DNA from: Schmidtea polychroa | Taxonomy: Eukaryota | DNA length: 64,000 bases | Assembly (NCBI GenBank): GCA_044892525.1 | Contig: CM097885.1 | Coordinates: forward strand, 17,362,001 to 17,426,000 | Direction: 5' to 3' | Shown: one piece after another, positions 39,711 to 51,120 of the stretch | Position numbering within the stretch: the stretch's first letter is position 1 | How the letters are laid out: each line of letters opens with the position of its first letter | Program-made: the position numbers and the translations under genes | Notes under the pieces: model-generated | Database searches by the model: none | Told to the model about the DNA's origin: nothing | What the model saw: the letters and a program-made list of their open reading frames with translations, nothing else

Positions 39711-40986
39711 GTGGAAACAGTATTTGAATCCGACAGTTTAACTAACGAATTTGAGAACAGCGACGATTTCAAACGAACCGAATTAGATCCAATAAGCGAC
39801 GTCGAATCAACTGAAGAAGAGGAAAATATATCCGAGACAACAGAGATAACCGTACTGTGCCAAGAGATAATGTCGGACGGAAACACGAACGAACCAAGGG
39901 TAACGGACCCACCGGAAGCAAGTAATGTGCACGTCAACATTGGAGAATTCAGAGAGAAATTTCGAGGAGAGCCATTCGATGGAAATATAAACCAGCTAGA
40001 AACATTTATAAAAGAATTTGAGGTATACATTACGATATGTCACTGGCCAGACATAGTCGTACGAGAACGAATACCCCTATATCTAAAGGGAAGCGCCCAA
40101 GATGTATACTTGGAGGCGAAATGTGATGCAACAAAGTTGAGAACGTGGAAAGAGATCAAGGAGTTTTTAATAAAAACATTCGGTACCGAAAAAGAAGGAA
40201 ATCGAAAAATGTTAGACTTCCTGCATCGAAAGCAGAAATATAACGAATCCAACGCACTGTACGCATGCGAATTGAGACGACTAGCACGAGAAGCCTTCGA
40301 TTCAAATCAACCAGTTCCGGAAGACAAGATAATAGCCGTATTCGTAGATGGCATGAAACGAGAGGATATACGAGCAACCTTAGGATGTCGAGCACCAGAG
40401 ACGCTGGAAGAAGCACTAAAAATAGCCAACAAATGCGAAACTTACCTAACACCAATACAAGTAGCAGCAATGACAGCAGCTCCAGCAGCTCCAGCAACAA
40501 CAACAACAACCACAAACAACCAAGTCAATAATGCAAATCCAGTAATGAATCAATTCATCCCAGGATCGCAACAGTTGTTCAAAACCTCGCAAACGAGAAA
40601 CCAAGACAATGGAGGTAATATTCAAAATTTTACTAATAATTTCAGGAACAACGACAATCGAACGTGCAACATATGCCAACGATCAGGGCATTGGAGCAAT
40701 GAATGTTATAGAGCAAGGATGTGTCAAAAGTGTGGGAGAAGAGGCCACACGGAAACCATCTGCAGAGGTCCCACGATGCCTACGGGCAGAGGAGGAACTA
40801 GAACCTGCTACAATTGCAACCAGCCTGGACACATGGCCAGAGAATGCACGATGAGAGCCAAACCAAATCAACCAGGATCAAACAACCCAATTCAGAACAC
40901 GCAAATCAACCTCATGCAGGAAATCGAACAATTAAAGGATATGATCCAGCGAATACCGACTAATAATCAACAACAACGAATCAACA
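39711..40986 (+). CDS. gag: Gag (capsid plus 3 CCHC knuckles), first part of the polyprotein; start codon uncertain
   Basis: PFDG...LKGSAQDVY...RKQKYNES (capsid); CNICQRSGHWSNEC, CQKCGRRGHTETIC, CYNCNQPGHMAREC. Confidence 0.92.
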
Positions 40987-43900
40987 ATGATGCAGAGCAC
41001 CGAAGAAATCCGGAAACAACCAAGTAAGCAACAACAAGACCAACAACGAATCGAATGGCAAAGGTTACAAAACGAAGAAGCCAGAGAAATTCAAGAAAGA
41101 TGGAAACAACGGGAAGCGAATCCCGGAAGAATAAATATGATGAGGTTAACAAATAAAGAGGAATCTCACACTGCGGAGCAGTGTGTTAACAACGAAGGCA
41201 GTGATCTGATAAAAACGACGAAAGAAAATGAGATTGATCCACAGACAAAATTGAGCAGCGAAGAGAAAATACAATTGATTAAAGAATTTACCAAAGAGGA
41301 GAAAGAAAGGAGACAAAAGAAAGATGAGAGCCAAGACGAATCAAAAAGCAATGAGATAGTTACAAAAAATCGAATTCAGAGGGTACTACTAAAAAAAATC
41401 GAAGACAGAATCAAAAACGAAAACCCTACATTAACTAAGGAACAAATCAAAGAAAAAGTGAAAGAGCATTGGTTCAGGAAAAATGAGTGGTTCGAAAAGA
41501 AAGAACCACATACCAAAGCTAAAATAAACATGTTGAGACAAATGCGGAGTGATCAGACGGATCAGGAAGATGAGAAAAGTGAGGTGAGTAGCCTGGGAGG
41601 CGAATTATTTCAGTCAAGTGAGGAAAACAACGAACCGAAAACACCTCCAAACAGTGAAACACCTCAAAGTAGTGATGAGAGTGAAAATGATGACATGAAA
41701 TCAATGATAGAAAAAGATGATGAGGAGATATTTGAGGAAATTTTCGACACAGTAACAGAAATAGAGCGGAATGAGAGCTACATCAACGAGCTAACATATA
41801 GAAAATGCGTAAAACTTATAACTCAAGTATACCAGTGTGAAGGAGGTATAATAACGGCAGCATGGAAAGATTTAGCAACAAGATATAAAGAGAAACTAAA
41901 GGAAGCAGGCCCAGATCAATATCAGGTAAGTATTCAACACCCCGAGATTCAGATACAGACTATTGAATTAAAAGGAACAAATACCGATGAACTGTACAAC
42001 TGGGTACAGGAAAAAATGGGAACGAGCCATAAAAATAAACAATTATATGTCGATGGTTACAAAGTTAAAATGGGCATACATTTGGTAGATGCGATGATAT
42101 GGCCAAACGGAACTAACATCTTAACCTTAGAGAAAACCAGAGACGACGAATCAGTGGCAGAAATGTTCCAGAAAATCCAACAAGTGTTTAACAATGAAGT
42201 GGAACCAGAATTGGAAAAGATCGAACGAAAAATAATGAAAGAAAACCAAATAATCTTGGTTAAACAAGCTATCGATCAGGCAAGAAAATATATTAATAGA
42301 CTGAGAGAAAGATGGCCACAACTAATGAAACAATTTGTCAAAGACGTACGAGACACGGAAATTATGAGATTCGAAGATAAACGAGCGACAGAATTGATAT
42401 CTAAATACGGAGAATACGAGAGAACCAAATGCGAACGAGAAACGATAAAAATAAAGGTGAAGTTGCCAAATGAAGAGAAACAAATAATAGAAGTTTACCC
42501 CGATTGCCAAGTTGACGAGTTAGTGCAAATCATGGATCAAGAAATCATCCAAAAAGCTCGAGAAAATAGTGAGGATGGAATGATCGAAGATGTGATAATA
42601 ATGTACAACCGGCATATGTTAGAAAGAGGAGACCGAACTGTAATTTACGAACTGGGAATCTGGGAAGATGGAGCCGTCATCAATATAATTGCGATGGATG
42701 AACCATCGGGTGGACACAAGAACGCCACCAAAACAGAGCAACAAATTAAAAGATTCCAATGGGGGATGAGAGCAAAGATGGATCGAATAATAGATATTTA
42801 TAACCATTGGCTAAAAGATGATAAATTAAAATTAGCAGCATTCAATGATAAAGATTGCAAACTGATACCATGGAAAAAGGTGTGGATTGAAAGTGAAGCT
42901 CGATGGGATTGGGAGCAGCAAAAGTTGGAACCAAATTGGATAGATAATATACCCGAAGAGATCGCAGCAGTATGGGTAAGAGAGAAACCAATCGATGCTT
43001 ACCAGGATATATTACCACAAGAATTCCAAAATGAGTTACAATCAGGAGAAGATGAGGAGATACGAGAACCGGTAAGGTTAGCACCATTCACGTGGAAAAT
43101 TGAGAATTGGATGGAAAAGATAAAATCAGCAAGGGAAGAGAAAATCACACGATTAGTAAGTCCACCGTTCTACTCAGGATTAGGTGAGTACAAGATGAAA
43201 TTGCGAATATACCCGAACGGAGATGGGGTAGGAAAAGGAAGTTATGTGTCGGCATTCTTCATCATCTGCAAAGGGAATTATGACGATAAGGTACCATGGC
43301 CGTTTAGCAGAAAGGTAACGATAGCGATCGAACCACTGAAAGATAGCCTTAACATACATAAAGAAACAATGAAACCAGACCCAAGGAGCACATGCTACCA
43401 ACGACCAACAACATCAGAAAATATCGCTTCTGGGACGTCTAAATTAATACGTCTAAATTACATTGAGAATGAACAATCAATATTTGTGAAAGACAATGCT
43501 ATCCAGATAAGAGTAGAAGTTGAATCAGAGCAAGAAATGAACCAACGACTGAACATACCAGAAAATCAACCGAGAATCTGTATGATGAGGAGAAGAGTGC
43601 CTGATTCAGGATATCTACCAATAGACGCCGACGCAGATGAGGAGGAAGCAGCAACATTGTTGGAAGCACAAAAATGTAAGGAATTGATGGAGATATTACA
43701 AAACGGGGCGAAAAATCGTCGACGAGCGGTAGTAGAACTAGCAAAATGGATAGCCGAATCATGCAAAAGGATTCAAAACCTACGAAAAATCGTTAAAGCG
43801 ATTGAAGAATATCGACGGGTATACGTATGGTACCCTGAACAATTTGGTGAAATCATTCGGAAATGGAAACAACAAGAGTGGGCCGAAAACTTACCTGAGA

Positions 43901-45204
43901 AATATCAACTAAAAATATTCTTGCCAGATTTTGAACCAATGGAAAAGGAATTCTACACAACAGCCAAGGTCAGGGAAGGTAAAAAGAGAATACCTTATGA
44001 ACTCCCATTCCACTTACAACACGAGGGACGATCATTAGACGACGATATCGAAATTGGTGTGACACCACTCCAAGGAGAAATTGTGAACAGATTAACGGTG
44101 AGTAAAATTGCAGGGAGAGAATTAAGAAGAAGAGAAATAAAGCAAAAATCATCTACACAACAACCAGGAAGTTTAGACACACCAGAAGTTCCAAATGCGG
44201 TTAGTGAAGTAACGATCGAAACAACGGGAGAAGACGAAATACTAGACGAATTACAAGAGATAGTAGAAGCAGGCGAGATTATGAGAGCATCGCAATCAGG
44301 AGATCTATTCATCGACGAAGGTGAACCAACAACTGATGATCTAGATGGATTTGTATGTGCGCAAAGACAACCAGTGGAAACGACAGAAGCCGAGACGGAT
44401 TTAGATAATGTGGGGGGAAGTGCCAATAAAGATGTAACCACAACCGATGAATGGAGTAACTGGAGAGTAGATCCAGGAGCGACCACGTCAAAAGATACAA
44501 CTTACAATCCGCCAAAACGGAAAGAAACCGGAACGGCTATGGATCGACGAACAAGAGGAAGACCAAAAACAGATAAAGCAGAGGTGGAACCAAAATCCAA
44601 AATTCAAGCACAAATGGAACAGGTAAAAACTAAAATGGATAAACTAAGCGCATTAGTAAAACAAGTCAAAGTGAAAACAAACGTCCGGGAACAAGGGACA
44701 CGATGGATAAACGACTTATTAGCTAACATGTTAGCGTTATCAAATCCAGATGTGAAAAGAGTAATGAGGAAGGATAATATTCCGACCGAAGCCAAACAAT
44801 TATGGGCGGTATTGAAACCGATATTAATGAAAATCATGGATAATAAAATTCGATTAACGTTAAAGGATCCCGTGGAACTCAGATTAATTGTGGAACATCT
44901 GTTAAGCAGATCAGAAGACCAAAATCGATATTTAGTGGGATTAGCATATTTGGTGTATAACGTCATTGGTCAATATAAAAAACGAATGCCAAAATATAAC
45001 GCAACTGGTTATGAATTCACAGTAACAGAAATAATCCAGCGATCAATAGAACCATATATACTTGAACAAGGGGGATGGAGAAACTTCATCGAGTCAACTG
45101 GAAAGAAAGATCAAACGGAAATGATGCAAGCAAAGTTACGCGATTTGCTAACGGAATTCGAAGGAACAATCAATATGAACAACCCAAGAGCAAGCCGAAA
45201 GGGA
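40987..45204 (+). CDS. Polyprotein accessory region: up to three ubiquitin-like domains, a TRAF-type MATH domain (~43084-43524) and a Bcl-2-like domain (~44690-45090)
   Basis: PFTWKIEN...SPPFYSG..YKMKLRIYPNGDG.GKGSYVS.F...KGNYDD..PWPF (MATH); YILEQGGWRNF (BH2); IKIKVKLPNEEKQIIEVYPDCQVDEL...PSGG (UBL). Confidence 0.8.
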
Positions 45205-47569
45205 ATGAATGCCATAATAACCACGATACTGATATGGATGATGTGCATCAAAGGAACGGAGTCATTTGCAGTATACGACTGCGACAACATAAAAATCCAT
45301 GAGAAATATTCATTAAAGGATACGGAAGACTGTAAAGCGGCAAACCCAAGAAAATTACAAACAGTCATGGCATCAGTCTCGTATAACGTATATCAAGAAG
45401 CAGATTTCATCAAAACCATGGTCCAAGAATGTACGGTAACCAGAAAGATATTTGCACATCACTGCGGTTCATCCTCCCACTCAACAATCATAGAACCGGG
45501 ATTGGAATCGACAGTAATATTACTATCAAGAGAGGAATGCGAGGAAGGATTCCGATCAGGGAGAATCCACTTAAGGCAAGGGATTGAAATTGCTGCAGAA
45601 CCAGGAAAAATAAAAACGACTCGCGTGTATACGGCAGGCAGAATCACTAAAGGAGATGGAACATGTGAGACAGGAACATACACCTTGAACGGACAACTGG
45701 TTAGTGGAGTGGTCGTAATAGAAAGCTACGAAGCTAAATTAGAAAGGTATCAAGGTTATTTCGACCCTGACACGCAAGCAATGAAGAAATACCCAAGTTG
45801 TCTCGCATCAGATCGATCATGTTCAACCGGAATGTCAACTCTGGTATACCATGCGGATCAGAAAGTATGTCGACTAATGTTACTCAAAACAGCAATATTC
45901 GAAGAAATCCAAGGGAAAGTATACAGTGAACCAAAAGGAGAAGCAGAAAAACGAGCGATGGAAGAGCTGAGAGCAAGGAAAGGATTCAGAGAAGACGTAA
46001 TAACATCGAAATTGGAATCGGAAGTAACACCCACAGCGATAATCTCCAAAGACGATGGAATAGGAATGAGGTTCATAAAGAACAAAATGGTGAGTAAATG
46101 CGATGAGATGGTGATCAGCACCAATTATAAAGGGATCTACTTGTCGCGGAGAACCCTAGCAAATGCAGTCGGAAGACTAAGCGAAAAGGATGTCAAACTA
46201 TATTTATACGCTAATAATAAGATGGATTTCTTATATCACAGAGGATTAACATCCACGGAAAAAGTCTACCATGATCTGTTAAGAAACGATTGCCTGCTCA
46301 ACAAAGAAATATTGAGAACAAAATTAGCAATGGCGATTACAAATCCAGATAACGCAAATCCGTTACTACCATTACAGGAAGGATATTTCGGACGAATCGT
46401 GGGTGAAGTGATGTACACCTACCAATGGCAAAAGATAATGGCAAGATTGCCAGAAAACCCTACAATACCAAGAGATAAGTGTGCAAACGAACTCGAAATT
46501 ATTCACGAAGGTAAACCCAGGTTTGTGCAAGCAGTCACTAGGGTGATGAACCCGGTAGGGTTTCAACCAAATCTGTTTAATTGTAGTAATGCATATGGGC
46601 CAATGTATGAAAAAGAAGATGGACAATGGGTTCAATTCCCAAGTAAAACAATCGTAGTAATTTGGATTGACGGAACTAACAACAGAACTAGAGTTCAAGC
46701 CGATAGACGTATCCCAGAGTGGATTATATACACCAAAAGATCTCGAATCAGCAAGAGCCCACCTGTTATTCCCAGCGCAAAGACAAGCAATCTTATCAAA
46801 TATAGTGACTATTTCTGGAGGAAATAATTATGGGGAGAGCCCGAACTACGAGCTATTATTATCACCAAGTCACTACCAACAAGCAACAGCAAACATGATG
46901 AAGGCTATGTGGGGTAGATTTTTAGTATTTGGCCAAATGATGGCAGGAATACTCGGAATTATTCTGATAATACAAATAGTTAGAGTGATCCTAACTCAGA
47001 TGCTAGCATGTTTTGACATCTATAAGCGCGAGAGAAAAGTAAATTGGAAACTTGCAATTGGATTCTTACCGTTCTTAGCGAAAACAATGGTGTTGCATGG
47101 ACACTCAAAGGATATTCATCGAATAAAAAGATTGTTGAAAATATTAACGCAAATGAAAGGGACAGACGAAGAAGTCGGATGTAAGTTCAAAGTGATAATG
47201 AGATTAGAAGCAGAAAGAACTCAAGAGAAAGCGAAAAGAACCGGGAAGTGGAAAAAGTGGATGAATCTCAGACGAGACGATGATAGTGATGACAATGATG
47301 ATTTCGACGACGACGACAATAATCAAGGAGGAGTAATGTTGATAAACAAAAATACAGCCACTTGGGAAAACGAAAAAATGAAACCATGGGGACCACCATA
47401 TTTACAGGCACCAACTAATGGACCAATGCGACGACCAGGAACAATGAGAGAACGGATAAGAATGGGAACCGGAAGATTACCCGTACCGAATATTTATCCA
47501 ATGGCTTATGAGCCAAATTGGGCAGCACTGGACCCAACAATGACCAAGCCAGTTAAAAATGTGGGGTAA
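45205..47569 (+). CDS. env: Envelope-like glycoprotein (chuvirus/Monjiviricetes G-like), frameshifted at ~46660
   Basis: Signal peptide MNAIITTILIWMMCIKGTES then FAVYDC; HCGSSSH; AGRITKGDGTCETGTY; Cys-rich ectodomain; SGLYT; TM segment FLVFGQMMAGILGIILIIQIVRVIL. Confidence 0.75.
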
Positions 47570-47572
47570 GAG

Positions 47573-50500
47573 GTGGAGACACGAACGATTGCAGTATTGC
47601 AGACACCAGCAGGACCATCATTAACTATCACGGTCGAAGTAAACGGAATAGAGATGGACGCAATGATTGATACCGGAGCAAATATCTCAGCAATAAATAT
47701 GAATATGTTACCAGGAAGACTATGGCCATGCATTGAGGAGACAACCATGGATGTAATAACATGCAGCAAACAATCCATAGCGGTAGTAGGAAGAGTATGG
47801 TCAACGATCGAATACAAAGGGGTTAAAGTTACAACGTACCTCGCAGTCATTAGACAGCTAAGCGTATCATGTATAATTGGAACAGATGTAATGCCGCAAT
47901 TATTGAAGGAAATTGTGATTGATTTGAGTTCCATGAAATTAAAAGATAAAACTGGACAGATATGCACAATGAGAACAGAAGTGAGATGCTCCGAAAAAAT
48001 GATAATACCAGCACGTACCCAGACAATATGTTATGTCAAGGTCGATAACGAAGCCAAAGGAGATATGATATTTGAACCAAGTCAAAAATTCGAGAAGAGA
48101 AGGGAGCTGCCATTGGCAAGAGAAATTGTCAGTATAAATGAGGATAACGAGATACCCATCAACATCACCAATTTTGATGAGGAAGATAAAGTAATCTACG
48201 AAAACGAGAGACTTGGAAAACTCACACCAATGATGAACATTGAGCTGCCGGAGATAAAAAGCGAGGGAGCAGACGAAAAAGAATTATGGACCATCGATAG
48301 CGAACTCCTAAATGAAGACGAAAAGGAACAACTCAGACAACTACTGATTGAGTTTAAAGATATTTTTGCGGCTTCAGATTTGGATTTGGGTACTAGCGAT
48401 GTAACTCAACACATTATACCATTAACAGATGAGACACCCATAACCTTGAGACCATATCGATTGGCTGAAGCACAAAAAACGGTAGCAGAGGAAGAAGTAC
48501 AAAAGATGTTAGATGCTGGTGTAATAGAACCTAGTTGCTCACCATGGCAATTCCCAGTAGTAATGGTCAAAAAGAAAGATGGCACACAGAGATTTTGTAT
48601 TGACTATCGGAGGTTGAATGCAGTAACTAAAAGGGATACGTACCCACTGCCAGACATAAACGAAATGTTACAGATGTTGCATGGAGCAGCATACTTTACA
48701 TCTTTAGATTTAAAGAGTGGATACTGGCAAATTAAAGTTAAAGAGGAAGACAGAGAAAAGACAGCCTTCACCATCGGAAAAGATCTATATCAGTTTAAAA
48801 AGATGCCATTTGGATTAACAAACGCACCTGCTTCGTTTCAAAGATGTATGAACTTTGTGACACACGGAATTAAACAATGTATGGTGTATATTGATGATCT
48901 GTTAATTTATTCAGGTACTTTCGAGCAACACTTAATCGACATCAGAAACGTATTCATAGGACTGAAACAATGGAAGCTGAAATTGAAACCGTCAAAATGC
49001 GATTGGGCAAAGGAGAGAGTCACATTTTTAGGACACATTGTGTCGGCAAAAGGAAAAGAACCAGATCCGAGAAACGTTGAGAAAATAAAGAATTGTCCGA
49101 TACCAAAAACCGTGACTCAGGTACAAGAATTTCTGGGATTATGCGGATACTACCGCAAGTTCATCAAAAATTATGCAACTATCGCAAAACCAATTCAGGA
49201 ACTAACAAAAAAAGATACTCCATTTCTGTGGGAAAGGGAACAGCAAATAGCGTTCGAATCGCTAAGAGATAAATTAATAGCCTCGCCTATCTTAATCCAC
49301 CCAGATTTCAAAAAGCCTTTTTTATTAGCAACTGATGCAAGTGGATACGCATCAGGAGCTGTGCTAGGACAATGGGATGAGGAGAAAAGAGAAAGAGTCA
49401 TCGGATATTATAGCAAGACGTTCAAAAAGCACGAAAAGAATTACTCAGTCACAGAAAGAGAAGCTTTAGCAATAATTCAGGCGATAAAACATTTCAAATA
49501 TTTATTATGGGGACACGAGATAATTATTACTACGGATCACCAACCTCTAGTTTGGTTGGGCCAACATAAAGAAGCATCTAGCCGATTAATGAGATGGGCA
49601 ATGCAATTACAGGAATATTCCCCATACATCAAGTTCAAGTCAGGAAAAGCAAACGCAAATGCAGATTGCATGTCGAGATTCGTATTTGAAGAACTCATGG
49701 ATCATGACGTCAGGCGAATATGCATGATAATCGCGGAAGATATCGATTTTACCAATCTAAAGAACGAACAAAAGGAAGACAGCGAATTGAAACTAATAAT
49801 CGAATTCCTGGATAAAAACGATATGAAAATATTCAACAACGATGATCGATTGAAAGAACATATGGAGAAAAATCGTCACAGATATACAATCGAGAAAGAA
49901 TGGCTATTGGTAATGGATGGCGACAAACGACTGATGTGTCTACCAGAAAGTAGACGGAAAGAAATTATGATTCAATACCACGACGGTAAATTGGGCGGAC
50001 ATATGTCAGCCAAGAAAACAGAAGCAAGGCTCAAACAGAAATATTACTGGCCAAATATGAGCGATGACGTGAAAGAATGGATAAAGAACTGCTTGATATG
50101 CGCAACCAGAAAAACAACGGGCAGTAAACTAAAGCCGCCATTGAAACCAATGCCGATACCGCCAGAACCGATGACAATGATTGCAATGGATGTAGTTGGA
50201 CCACTACCAGAGACTAACAGTGGAAATGTGTATATATTGGTAATAACTGATTATCTGACTAAGTTCCCTGAAGCATTTGCGATGCCAGACCAAAAAGCAC
50301 GAACGGTTGCAAGGATATTAGTGGAAGAGATCTGCTGCAGATATGGAACACCAAAACAAATCTTAACTGACCAAGGAACTAATTTCATGAGCGAGATAAT
50401 AAATGAAGTGACAAATTATTTTAGAATTGCCAAATTGAGAACCTCGCCATACCACCCGCAAACGAATGGTCAGACAGAAAGATTTAACGGCATACTAATA

Positions 50501-51120
50501 GACATGATGTCAAATTACGTGAGTAAACATCAAAAGGACTGGGATGAATATATTAAGTTGTGTCTAATGGCTTATCGAATGTCAATACACTCATCAACGA
50601 AAATGAGTCCGTTTAAACTCATGTATGGAAGGGAATGCAACATGCCGATGGATCTCGAATACCAACCGCCAATCTCACAATATATGGAGATAGACGATTA
50701 TGTGACAAAGTTCAAAGAGAGAATGCAAGAAATATGGAAAACCGCAGGGATGAACATCCGATTCAACCAAGAAAGTTATAAGGAATTGCATGATTAAAAG
50801 AAGAACGTGCAAAACCATCAATTTAAAGTCGGAGATTGGGTTATTATAGAAATACCCGAGTTAATCCCAGGAACGGCAAAGAAATTACAACGTAATGGCA
50901 GAGGGCCATATGAAATCATCTATGTAAACGAGAACAACGCTAGAGTAAAGTTGGTTAACAACCCACTAATTAGACCCATTTATGTGAATACGTGTCGATG
51001 TAAAGCAGTAGCGAAAACTGCCACTAAAGACCCAGAAACAAGGAAGATAATCACGAGATCACAAACAAATACCACAACGGAACCAGAAGTAAGCGGTAGA
51101 TTAACTAGATCACAGACAAG
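47573..51120 (+). CDS. pol: Pol: protease, RT, RNase H, integrase with GPY module; in-frame TAA at 47567 and 50795
   Basis: IDTGA; FCIDYRRLN; LDLKSGYWQ; MPFGL; YIDD; ATDAS; HDGKLGGH...CLIC; MDVVGP, TDQG, GQTER; FKVGDWV...GPY continuing in frame after the stop. Confidence 0.97.

Noticed and set aside
40975..41027. Programmed gag frameshift
   Set aside because: No obvious slippery heptamer, and deleting one A restores the recurrent RINMMQ motif, so a lesion is more likely
47975..48230. dUTPase-like segment between protease and RT
   Set aside because: No catalytic dUTPase motifs visible; similar beta-rich spacers are common in Gypsy pol
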